In this document: positions 51,896 through 63,295 of the stretch, piece after piece
Layout of the letters: each line of letters opens with the position of its first letter
Numbering within the stretch: the stretch's first letter is position 1
Assembly: GCF_963921235.1 (NCBI RefSeq)
Contig: NC_086097.1
Coordinates: forward strand, 14,818,001-14,882,000
DNA length: 64,000 nucleotides
Source of the DNA: Mobula hypostoma
Lineage: Eukaryota
Direction: 5' to 3'
Notes under the pieces: generated by a model
The model's database searches: none
Told to the model about the DNA's origin: nothing
Seen by the model: the letters and a program-made list of their open reading frames with translations, nothing else
Translations under genes and position numbers: made by a program

Positions 51896-52815
51896 AGCTG
51901 AAGAAACAACAAGCAGGATAGACAAAGGGAAACTGGTGGATTTTGTAAACTTGGATTTCAGAAGGCCTTTGACAAGGTGCCAAACATGAGGCTGCTTAAC
52001 AAGTTAAAAGCACATGGTGTTACAGGAAAAACGCTAGCATGGAAAGAGCATTGGCTGATTGGCAGGAGGAAAGCGTGGGAATAAAGAGAATCTTTTCTGG
52101 TTGGCTGCCAGTCGCTAGTGATGTTCCACAGGTGACCACTTCCTTCAATGTTATATGTCAATGATTTGGAGGACAGAATTGATGGCTTTGTGGCTGTTTT
52201 TGGACGAAATGAAGATAGGTGGAGGGCAGTTAGTTTTGAGGAAGGAGAGAGGTTACAGAAGGACTCAGATTAGGAGAGTGGGTAAAGAAGAGGCAGATGG
52301 AATACAGTGTCGGTCATGCTCTTTGGTAGAAGAAATAAAAATGTATACTATTTTCTAAACGGAGAGAAAATTCAAATATCTGAGGTGCAAATGGACTTGG
52401 GGGTCCTTTGTGCAGGATTCCCTAAAGGTTAATTGCAGGTAAAATTGGTGATGAGGAAGGCAAATATGATGTGAGAATTCATTTTGAGAGGACTAGAATA
52501 TAAAAGCAAGGCTGTAATGTGAGGCCTCACTTAGAGAATTGTGAGCAATTTTGGGCCCCTTATTGAAGAAAAAATGTGGTGACATTGGAAAGGGTTCAAA
52601 GGAGGTTTACAAGAGTGATTCCAGGGTTGAAAGGCTTATCATTTGAGGAGCGTTTGATATTTCTGGACCTCTACTCACTGGAATTCAGAAAAATGAAGGG
52701 TGACCGCATTGGAACCTACTGAATGGTGAAAGGCCTTGATAGGGTGGATGTGGAGAGGATGTTTCCCATGGTGGGAGAGACTAAGACCAGAGGACACAGC
52801 CTCGGAATAGAGGAA
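51896..52815 (+). mobile_element. Decayed CR1 RT fragment
   Basis: LDFQKAFDKVP coding at 51950-51985 through RTRGHSL at 52785-52805; many stops. Confidence 0.85.
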
Positions 52816-53396
52816 CAAGCTTTAACATCCTTCCTAAAATGAGTGGCCAGAAATGAACACAATATTTCAAGTGTTGTCCCAAATGTTTAAACACTTTACC
52901 CTGCATTAAAACTGCAAACAGATTTAATTTGTGGTTTAAACACAGGGTAGACTGAAGGGGAACAGTTATGCTTTAAGAGGCAGATAATCCACATCCTCTG
53001 TGGTTTCACGGGCACCTGGTCAGTCAAGAGAGCAGAGGAATCCTTATAAATAGTAGCCTGCCATCTTAAATAGTAACACAGACATGCATAGCTATATAAT
53101 GAAGTGCAGTAATCAGTTTTTTCTTGCTCTCCACAAGGGATTACATTAGGACCAAAAGCAAATGGATCTATCAGCATTTCATAGAAAGAGTCAGGTCGTC
53201 TAATTCTGGTCTATGGAAATGAGCTAAACTGTTAAGATTCTCTTGTGGCCAGTTTCAACATGGTACTGACCCCATTTCACAGTCTCTTTGAGGGAGTGGG
53301 ATTCAGCCTTTACCACAGAACATGGGCCTGTTATTAAAAGTAAAGAAAATCATCCCAGTTTTCTCATTTTACCCCTTGTTTTCTTGCTGTAAGCTA

Positions 53397-53909
53397 CACT
53401 CAGTCACCACTTTCCTCGGTACAGGAGTGGAACCCACTATGATCTTCTGCTGCTGTAGCCCGTTCACTTCAAGGTTCGACGTGCTGTGCATTCAGAGACA
53501 CTCCTCTGCACACCACTGTTGTAACACATTGCTTAAGTTACGGTCGCCTTCTTGTCAGCTTCGACCAATCTGGCCATTCTACTGTGACCTCTCTCATTAA
53601 CAAGGCATTTTTGTCCACAGAAGCACTGCCCACTGGAACTTATTTTTTGCACCATTCCGTGTGTGTGCGAAAATCCCAAAAGATCAGCAGTTTCTGAGTT
53701 ACTCAAACCACCTCATCTGGCACCAACAATCATTCCACGGTCAAAGTCACTTAGATCACATTTCTTCCCACATTCTGATGTTTGGTCTGAACAACTGAAC
53801 TCCTTGACCATGTCTGCACGCTTTTATACATTGAGTTACTGCCACATGATTGGCCGATTACGTATTTGCATCAATGAGCAGGTGTATCTAATAAAGTGGC
53901 CACTGAGCG
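53397..53909. mobile_element. Tc1/mariner-like non-autonomous element (513 bp)
   Basis: TA|cactcagtcaccacttt ... aaagtggccactgagcg|TA. Confidence 0.8.
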
Positions 53910-54344
53910 TATTATGGTGGAAAGATCCAGAAGCTGTAATTTGACAAGCATTTACATTAAAATGCATTTCCATTCACACGAACAGTCGCAGTTTAATGAC
54001 TGAAGTCATACATAATAACCTCTTCAAAGTTCTGTTTTGTTAAAACAGAGAGATGTTATTTTTTATTTGGCTATACAGCGCAGAGTAGGCTTCCAGCTTT
54101 TTGTGGCACGCTGCCCCAGCAACCATGACAAATCCTGTTTACCCTAACCTAATCACAGGACAATTTACATTGACCAATTAACCTACCTACACAGTCTTTG
54201 GACTGTGGGAGGAAACTGGAGGAACCGGAGAACCCCAAGCATTCCAACAGGAGGACATACTTTACAGATTACAGTTCAGGTAATGGTACATGCCCTTTCG
54301 AATGCAGTGACCATCTTACGTCAAAGTTAAAAGCACACAGCTCA

Positions 54345-56146
54345 TGCATAGAGAAGTACAGCACAGAAGCAGGCCATTCGGCCCATCTAGTCATTCCAAA
54401 CCACTTAAACTGCCTATTCCCATCGACCTGCACCGGGACCATACCCCTACCATCCATGTACCTATCTAAACTTCTCTTAAACATTGAAACCAAGCTCACG
54501 TGCACCACTTCTGTTGGCAGTTCGTTCTACACTCTCATGATCTTCCCAGTGAAGAAGTTTCCCCTCATGTTTCCCTTAAACTTCTCACCTTTCACCCTTA
54601 ACCCATGACTTCTGGTTGTAGTCCCACCCAACCTCAGTGGAAAAAGCCTGCTTGCATTTACCCCTCATCATCTTGTATACCTTCATCAAATCACCTCTCA
54701 ATCTACATTCTAAAGAATACAGTTCTAACCTATTCAATCTTTCCTTATAACGCAGGTCCTCCATATCACATAAGACAATAGGTACAGGATTAGGCCATTC
54801 AGCCCTTCGAGCCAGCACTGCCATTCACTGTGATCATGGCTGATCATCCACAATCAGTATCCAGTTCCTGCCTTATCCCCATAACCTTTGATTCCGCTAT
54901 CTTTAAGAGCTCTATCCATCTCTTTTTTGAAAGCATCCAGAGACTTGGCCTCCACAGCCTTCTGGGGCAGACCATTCCATATATCCACCACTCTGGGTGA
55001 AAAAGTTTTTCCTCAACTCCGTTCTAAATGGCCTACCCCTAATTCTTAAACTGTGGCCTCTGGTTCTGGACTCACCCATCAGCGGGAACATGCTTCCTGC
55101 CTGCAGCGTATCCAATCCCTTAATAATCTTATATGTTTCAATAACATCCCCTCTCAGCCTTCTAAATTCCAGAGTATACAAGCCCAGTTGCTCCAATTTT
55201 TCGACATATGACAGTCCCCCATCCTGGGAATTAACCTTGTGAACCTACACTGCACTCCCTCAATAGCAAGAATGTCCTTCCTCAAATTTGGAGACCAGAG
55301 CCCTGTACAGCTGCAGAAGGACCTCTTTGCTCTTATACTCAATTCCCCTTGTTATGAAGGCCAGCATCCCATTAGCTTTCTTCACAGCCTGCTGTACTTG
55401 CATGCTTGCTTTCAGTGACTGATGTACAAGAACACCTAGATCTCGTTGTACTTCCCCTTTCCCTAACTTGACTCCATTTAGATAATAATCTGCCTTCCTG
55501 TTCTTACCACCAAAGTGGATAACCTCACATTTATCCACACTAAACTGCATCTGCCATGCATCTGCCCACTCACCCAGCCTGTCCAAGTCACCCTGCATTC
55601 TCATAACATCCTCCTCACATTTCACACTGCCACTCAGCTTTGTAAATTTCTCTGTACTCTTCCAACCTTGTAGGTAAGTAACCAAAACTGCACACAACAC
55701 TCCAAATTAGGCCTCACCAACATCTTATACAACTTCAACATAACATCCCATCTTCTGTATTCAGTATTTTGACTTATAAAGGCCAATGAGTCAAAAAGCT
55801 TTCTTTATAACCCCGTCTACCTGTGACACCACTTTCAACAAATTATACATCTGCATTCCCAGATCCCTCTGTTCTGCTACACTTCTCAGTGCCTTACTGT
55901 TCACTGTGTAAGACCTACCCTGGTTGATCCTACCAAAATGTAAAGCAACCGACTTGTCTGCATTAAGTTCCATCTGCCATTTTCAGTCCATATTTTCCAG
56001 CTGATACAGATGATAGCCTTCTTCACTGTCCACTACACCCCTAATCCTGGTGTCATCTGCAAGTTCGCTGATCTAGTTAACCACATTAACATCCAGATCA
56101 TTGATCTAGATGACAAACAACAAAAGACCCAGCACCAATCCCTGCA
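54345..56146 (-). mobile_element. Older CR1 fragment hosting a younger CR1
   Basis: ORFs 54269-54508, 54585-54824 and 55791-55973; sequence breaks at about 54765 and resumes at about 55641. Confidence 0.85.
54772..55642 (-). mobile_element. Young CR1 3' fragment, nearly identical to 28488-29406
   Basis: ORFs 54912-55196 and 55260-55700 repeat the peptides of 28567-29154 and the end of 29315-30403. Confidence 0.92.
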
Positions 56147-56689
56147 GGGAGTGGGGGGAAGAGGGGGGTAAGGGAGGGGTAAGGGAGGGAGGGAGTGGGG
56201 GGAGGGAGTGGGGGGAAGAGAAGGAAGTAAAATTCCATTTCCAAGAATTCAGGAGTTCCTGGTATTTTGTGGCACAGATACCTCACACCCTTCAACTTCA
56301 ATGGCATTGTATTTATTAAAGCTTGTGGCTAATTTGTGCAACTGTCTGGAATTTACCTGCACTGGTTTTCCAACAATGTGACATACAAGCATCAAACTGA
56401 TTTTTATTGACACTGAGAGGCAGTTTGCATTACATTGTAACATGAATTGTCAACATTGAAGTTAAAAGATATATATAACCAAGACGTTTCTGAAATAAGT
56501 TTCCCAACTATTTTGAAGTTTTTTTTTTAAAAAAGAGAAAATAAAAATAAAAAATAAAACTGCAGATAATTTTAGTGGAAAATTCTGTAAACTGTCTGCA
56601 GATCTGTGGAAAGACAGCAATGTTAATATTTCAGGTCAAAGAGACACAAGAGAGAGTAGATGCAGAAGTCTGGTTGCAGGATTTCAACC

Positions 56690-59539
56690 AAGAATCTCAG
56701 GAAGACAGGCAGATGATAGTGCAAATTTGCAGTCAGTGGGATGAGTTGCAGTGTAACATAGGGACAAAATTGAAACGGGTGACGAATACAGGACAGAAGG
56801 TGATACAGGTGAATACACACAGTATATGAAATAAGGAAGATGATCTTGTAGCACACTTAGAGATTGGCAGGTATGATGTTGTGGGCATCACTGAGTCCTG
56901 GCTGAAAGAAGATTATAGTTAGGAACTTAGCATCCAGGGATACACATTGTATCGAAAGAGCGGGCTGGTAGGCAGAGGGGGTGACGTGGCTCTGTTGGTA
57001 AAAATGAATCCTTAGAAAGAGGTGACCTAGGATTGGAAATATCCTTATGGGTAGAGTTAACAGAGTAAAAAGACCCTGATGGGAGTTGTATACAGTCCTC
57101 CAAACAGTAGCCACGGTGTGGGGGACAAGTTACAATGGGAGATTAAAAAAAAGGCATGTCAGAAGGGCAATGTTGTGATCATCATTCAATATTTGGAAAA
57201 TCAGATTAGTACTGGATCCAGAGAGAGAATTTTTAGAATGCCTACAAGATGGGTTCCTAGAGCAGCTTCTGGTTGAGCACAGTAAGGGAAAGACTGTTTG
57301 GGATTCAGTGTTGTGTAATGAACTGGATTTGACTTGGGAGCTTAAGGTAAAGGAATCCTTAAGTAGTGATTATAATATGACAGAATTCACCCTGCAACTT
57401 GAGAGGGAGAAGCTGAAGTCAGATGTATCAGTATTATAGTGGAGTAAAGGGAATTATAGATGCAAGACAGAGGAGCTGGCCAAAGTTGATTGGAAAGGGA
57501 CACAAGCAGGGATGATGGCACAACAGCAATGGCTCGAGTTAAATTTGGAAGGCGCATAGTAGACACATCCCAAAGAAGTAGTATTCTAAAGGCAGGATGA
57601 TGCAATTGCGGCTGACAAAGGAAGTCAAAGACAACATAAAAGCAAAAGAGGGAGCATATAATAGAGCAAAAATTAGTGGGAAGTTAGAGGATTGGGAAGC
57701 TTTTAAAAAGCAACAGAAGGTAACTAAAAATGCTGTATTGGGGGAAAAGATGACATAGGAAGGTAAGCTAGCCAATAATATTAAAGAGGACACTAAACGA
57801 TTTTTCAGATTATATAAAGAGCAAAATAGAGGTGATAGTGGATATTAGACCGCTGGAAATTGATGCTGGAAAGGTAGTAATGGGGGACAAGGAAATGGCA
57901 GATGAACTGAATGAGTATTTTGCATCAGTCTTCACTGTGGAAGACACTGGTAGTATGCCAGAAGTTCGCGAGTGTCAGGAGGCAGAAGTTAGTGCAGTTG
58001 CTATTACTAGGGAGAAGGTGCTTGGGAATGTCCGAAAATAAATAAGCCAGCTAGACCAGATGGACTACACCTGAAAGAGGTAGCTGAAGAGATTGTGTTG
58101 GCATTTTTAATGATCCTTTAAGAATCACTAAATTTTGGCATATTTCCGGAGGACTGAAAAATTGCAAATGTCACTCCATGCTTTAAGAAGGAAATTATAA
58201 ACTGGTTAGCCTAACCTCAGAGGTTGGGAAAATGTTGGAATTGATTGTTAAGGATGAGGTCTTAGGGTACTTGGAGGCATGTGATAAAGTAGGCCGAAGT
58301 CAACATGGTTTCCTTAAGGGAAAATTTTGCCTGACAAATCTGTTGGAATTATTTGAGGAAATTAAAGGAAGGATAGACAAGGGAGAATTTGTGCATGTTT
58401 GGTACTTGGAGTTTCAGGTCTCGGATGAAGCTGTTTAACAAGGTAAGAGCACATGAAGCTATTTAACAAAGTAAGAGCTCATGGTATTACAGAAAAGACA
58501 TTAGCATGGATGGAGGATTGACTTCAAAAGAAGTGAGAATAAGGGGAGCCTTTTCTGATTAGCTCCCAGTGACTAGTGGCGTTCCACAGGGTTCCATACT
58601 GGCACCGCTTCTTTTTACATTATTTGTCAATGATTTGGACGACTGAATTGATGGCTTTGTGGCCAAGTTTGCAGACAATGTGAAGGCAGGTGGAAGGGCA
58701 GATGGGTCTGAGAAGCAGAGAGGCTACAGAAGGACTTGGACAGATTAGGAGAATAGACAAAGAAGTGGCAGATGGATTTGCAGTGTGAGGAAGTGTACAG
58801 TCATGCACGTTAGTAGAAGGAATAAAAGTGTAAACTATTTTCTAAGTGGTGAGAAAATTTGAAATTCCAAGGTGTAAAACTACTGGAGAGTCCTCTGCAG
58901 TATTCTCTAAAGGCCAACTTGAAGATCGAGCCAGTGGTAAGGAACACAAATGCAATGCTAGCACTCACTTTGAGAGGACTAGAATATAAAGGATATAATG
59001 CTAAGGCTTTACAGGACACTGGTGAGGCCTCACGCAGAGTATTGAGAGCAGTTTTGGGCCCCTTATCCAAGAAAGGATGCGCAGTCATTGGAGAAGATTC
59101 AGAGCAAGTTCACAAGAATGAAAGGGTTACTGTATGAGGAGTATTTGGTGGCTTAGGGCATGTACTTGCTAGAATTTAGAAGAATGTGGGGGAGATCTAA
59201 TTGAAACCTCTCGACTTTCGAAGGGCCTAGATAGAGTGGGTGTTTCCTACAGTGGGGGAGTCTAGGGCCAGAGAGTACAGCTCAGGATAGAGGGACATCG
59301 ATTTTAAATGGAGATGAGGAGAAATTTCTTTACCTAGAGGGTAGTGAATCTGTGGAATTCATTGCCACAGGCGGCTGTGGAGGCCAAGTCACTGGATGTA
59401 TTTAAGGTGGAGGGTGATAAGTTCTTGATTAATCAGAGTGTCTAAGGTTATGGGGAGAAGGCAGGATAATGGGGTTGAGAGGGAAACTGATGATGAAATG
59501 GCAGAACAGACTCAGTGGGCCGAATGGACTAATTCTACT
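56690..59539 (+). mobile_element. Long decayed CR1 covering most of ORF2 (AP endonuclease and RT) plus 3' UTR
   Basis: YDVVGITESWL at 56873-56905, GVVYSPP, SQHGFLKGK, KFADN, CR1 tail at 59510-59539; many stops and indels. Confidence 0.9.
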
Positions 59540-61061
59540 CTTACGTCTTATGGTCTTAGGTGAGTTTTACATTTTAGAGTGGAAGAGGTAAAGGAATGAA
59601 TAGGAAAAATTGAGATCAAGGTCAAACTATCAGACAATTCCTTTGTCATATCCATCCTGTTCCTACTCTCAAGACAATTTTAAAACTAATTTTATTTCTC
59701 TTTCCAAATTCTGACAAATTGTCTTCAACCTAAAATATAAATTCTGTTTATACTGTATTTTAAGATTTCCAACTGGACCTGCTGAGTGTTTTCAGTATTT
59801 ACTGGTTTTATTAAAAATAGTGCTTGCAAATAATTTTGAACTTCTTACTCAAAGTCAAACAGATGACATTCACCAGTTACAAATGTCAGATTCAGATTTA
59901 TTTATCACATGCACACGGAAACATGTAGTGAAATGTATTGTTTGTATTAACAACACACCCAAGGATGTGCTGGGACAGTCCTCCAGTGTCATGACACATT
60001 CTGGCACCAACACAGCATGCTCACAATGCCCAGCAGAACATCATAAAACAACAGCAAAATAAATCCCTTTCCTGCTTACACCGGACGGTTCTCCAGCTCC
60101 AGGATAGGCCTCTGGGACTCCAGTCTCCACTGGGCTTCAATTTCAAACTTGTAATCTTTAAATTCTGCCAAGGATTTGCTTGGAAGTTACTGATGAATCA
60201 AAAATGCTGTTTGCCTTTATTGCCTTCAAGCAGTGAACCACAATTCAGCCACCGTGAATGATAAGCAGGGTGTTGGGAAATGAAGAGTTGAGAGAAAGTT
60301 GCTAAGTGGTGGCCGGTCACAGAAAAGCAAAGAAACAATTCAAAGTGAGAAGAATAAAGTGGGATTAATGTAGAATTAGTGTGAAATGAGTATAAATGGT
60401 CAGTGGGGGGAAGAGCTGGAGGGCCAGTTGTCATGCTGTATGACTCCATAACTGCTAAAGCATAATTGTACTTTAACATCAGTGGATCCAATACCATCAT
60501 CGCAACCTCCTTGGTAATACTGTCATTTTACAATACTATGACACAACAGATTCATTTGGAAATTATATTAAATCTCAAAAACACAGTTGCCAATTCAAAA
60601 TTTAGTCCAATAATACAACCAAATTACCAGAATTATATTCTCTACAGAAACAGCAATACAAAAATAAAATAATGCAGAAGCTAAAAATCTGAAATAAAAT
60701 CAAGTTGTTAATTATTTTATCTATCTACTGAGATACAGTAGAGAATAGGCCCTTCGAGCTGCGCCACCCGACAATCCCCAATTTAACCCTAGCCTAATCA
60801 CGGGACCATTTACAATGACCAATTAACCTATCAAATGTTGCATCTTTTGATTTTGGGAGGAAAACGGAGCACCCAGAGGAAGCACACGCAATCATGGAGA
60901 GAATGTACAAACTCCTTACAGACAGTGATGGGAATTGAACCCAGGTCACTGGTATTGCAAAGCATTGTGCTAACCACTACGCTACCGTGTGCGTTGGAAA
61001 TATTCAGGCTGATTCTTTGGAGAGTGAAGCAGGATTAATGTTTCAGGACATGAACTTCCAT

Positions 61062-61310
61062 CAAAAGCAAGCCTTCAGCATTTTGGGCATTGAGGAAGAG
61101 AGGGCCATCTGCAGTACCACCGATGCAGCAGAGAGGGCCTCAAGATGGCTGTGGCTCAAAAGAGGGGAGCCATGAAGTAGCTAGCCATCTGGACACAAGC
61201 CGGGGTCTGATCAGCCCCAGCTGGGTCACCTGGAGGAGGTTGTATGATGTTGAAAGACCCGAAACACCCGATGATTCCAGGAACATCACTGAAGATGTGT
61301 TCAGAAGCAT
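61062..61310 (+). mobile_element. HERO-clade (restriction-like endonuclease) non-LTR retrotransposon, 3' end
   Basis: ORF 60987-61175 ends RAICSTTDAAERASRWLWLKRGEP, recalled as the HERO C-terminus, followed by a structured 3' UTR. Confidence 0.75.
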
Positions 61311-62038
61311 CAATAGATGTATGTACACAACAACAACACAAAGAATGGAGGCAATGGAAGGCTTGAAACATTGAACAGTTTCTCTTTTCACAGATCAGGA
61401 GCAGAGAAAACATGGGCAGGGCTGTAAGAGAGTGAAAGGTTAGAGAATTGAAAAGGTAAAATAGGGACAATAATGCAAGGTGAGAGACAGTGTGTTAACA
61501 TGGCAAGTGTAGAAACAACGGTAGTCCGAGCGTCTGAACTCGAAACTGACTGCTCACCTCCTTTCACAGGTGTTTATTTATTGAGGCACAGTGCAGAATA
61601 GGGCTATCCAGCCCTTCGAGCCACGCCAACCAACAATCTCCAATTTAACTCTAGCCTAATCACGGGACAATTTACAATGACCAACTAACCTCACAGCCCG
61701 TAAATCCTTGGACTGTGGGAGGAGACTGGAGCACCGGGAGGAAACTCACGCGGTCACAGGGAGAAGATTATGCCTGACCCAGCAAAGTTCCTCCAGCAGC
61801 TTGTTTATGAACTTGTAAAGAAACAAAAGTTGGGTGTAGAAGTAGAATAAATGGGAGAAGCAGAATTATTATCTCAAATTATCCAGTCCATATGATAGAA
61901 ATTTTCTGTTATCAACAGTATTTTCATATATTAAGACAATGATTGCTTTGGTTCTTTTCCCCGCAGTCATGTAACTTTGCTCTCAGTAAGTTTAAAACTC
62001 AGCTTTCTTTCTGCCAATCCTGTTAAGAGAATTCTTAC

Positions 62039-62112
62039 CAAATGTTTCATATTTTCTATACAGTATTTTCTCTTTTGGTAGTAATGTAAAGATCAGACTG
62101 TATCCTGAGGAA
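62039..62112 (-). CDS. Candidate exon (SSGYSLIFTLLPKEKILYRKYETF), unidentified
   Basis: Pyrimidine tract..gtaaag| and TTTG|gtaaga; phase 2-1; in phase with the candidate at 63148-63295. Confidence 0.25.
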
Positions 62113-62261
62113 CTTTACATGGGGAAGTTAGAACATGAAATTAAAAAAAAACTCACAGAAGTTAGAAACCAGAGGTAGAAGTAGAAAATGCAGTAACATG
62201 GTAATTCAGGTTGCATTAGAGGAAAGAGAAGCAAAGCTAATATTTCAGCATTAGCCAGAAT

Positions 62262-62970
62262 ACACTTCGAATATTGTGAGCAGTTTTGGGTCCCTTATCT
62301 AAGAAAAGATATGTTGGCATTGTAGAGGGTATAGAGGATGTTCAAGGTAATGATTCAGGAAATGAAAGGGTTGACGTGTAAAGAGTGTTTGATGGCTTTG
62401 GGCCTGTTCTTGCTGGAGTTTATTGAAAGGCCTCCATAGAGTAAACATGGACAGGATGATTCCTATAGTGGGGGAGTCCAGGACCAAAGAGCACATCCTT
62501 AGAGTACAGAACTTTTCATTTAGAACAGAGATGAGGAAGAATTTCTTCGCAAACAACAGGAATTCTGTAGATGCTGGAAATTCAAGCAACACACATCAAA
62601 GTTGCTGGTGAATGCAGCAGGCCAGGCAGCATTTCTAGGAAGAGGTACAGTCGACGTTTCAGGACTAGACCCTTCGTCTAGTCCTGACAAAGGGTCTCGG
62701 CCTGAAACGTCGACTGTACCTCTTCCGAGAGACGCTGCCTGGCCTGCTGCGTTCACCAGCAACTTTGAAGAATTTCTTCAGTCAGGGTGGTGAATCGGTA
62801 GAATTCATTGCCACAGACAGCTGTGGAAGTCAAGTCATTGGAGATTGATAGGTTTTTGATTAGTCAGAACGTCAAAGGTTATGAGGACGATGGATCAGGC
62901 ATTATGGAATGGCAGAGCAGACTCAATGGGCTGAATAGCATAATTCTGCCCTATGTTTTATGGTCTTATA
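62262..62970 (+). mobile_element. CR1 3' fragment interrupted by a Penelope fold-back insertion
   Basis: GESRTKEHILRV...EMRKNFF, resuming at 62780 with QGGES/RVVN-type sequence and a CR1 tail. Confidence 0.85.
62549..62766. mobile_element. Penelope-like inverted terminal-repeat insertion with two opposed hammerhead-like motifs
   Basis: 13-bp TSD gaagaatttcttc (62536-62548, 62767-62779); ~83-bp inverted arms 62596-62678 and 62686-62768. Confidence 0.85.
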
Positions 62971-63147
62971 AGAATAAATGGGGAAAGGGAAAAAATGTTT
63001 TTTTTTAACTATGGTTTGAGACTCTGATGACTTGGGACCAACATCAATATCAGAGAGATTGGTATTTACTTGTTTACCTTATATTTTCAGATTAACACAT
63101 TTTATAATTTGGAAGAACACTACCCTTCACTCACAGTCAGGAATTAC

Positions 63148-63295
63148 CTATCAAGTGTACTGCTCCATGCTGCATAATAATGTAGCACAGAAAGACCATC
63201 TGACAGTGCCCTCCACGTCCCTTCAGTTAAACTGTCCTGTATCTGTACCTGACTTGACACACGCCTTTTAAAGCAATTTGCCTGTATTCTCTTCA
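63148..63295 (-). CDS. Candidate exon (KRIQANCF...LTEGTWRALSDGLSVLHYYAAWSSTLD), unidentified
   Basis: ttattatgcag| ... GATAG|gtaatt within ORF 63144-63431; phase 1-2. Confidence 0.2.

Noticed and set aside
51550..52815. Back-to-back CR1 pieces suggesting a twin-priming inversion
   Set aside because: Both pieces cover the same C-terminal region and look like different subfamilies, so they are independent insertions.
56575..56829. Exon-like ORF after atttcag
   Set aside because: Runs into the start of CR1 ORF2, so it is part of the LINE.
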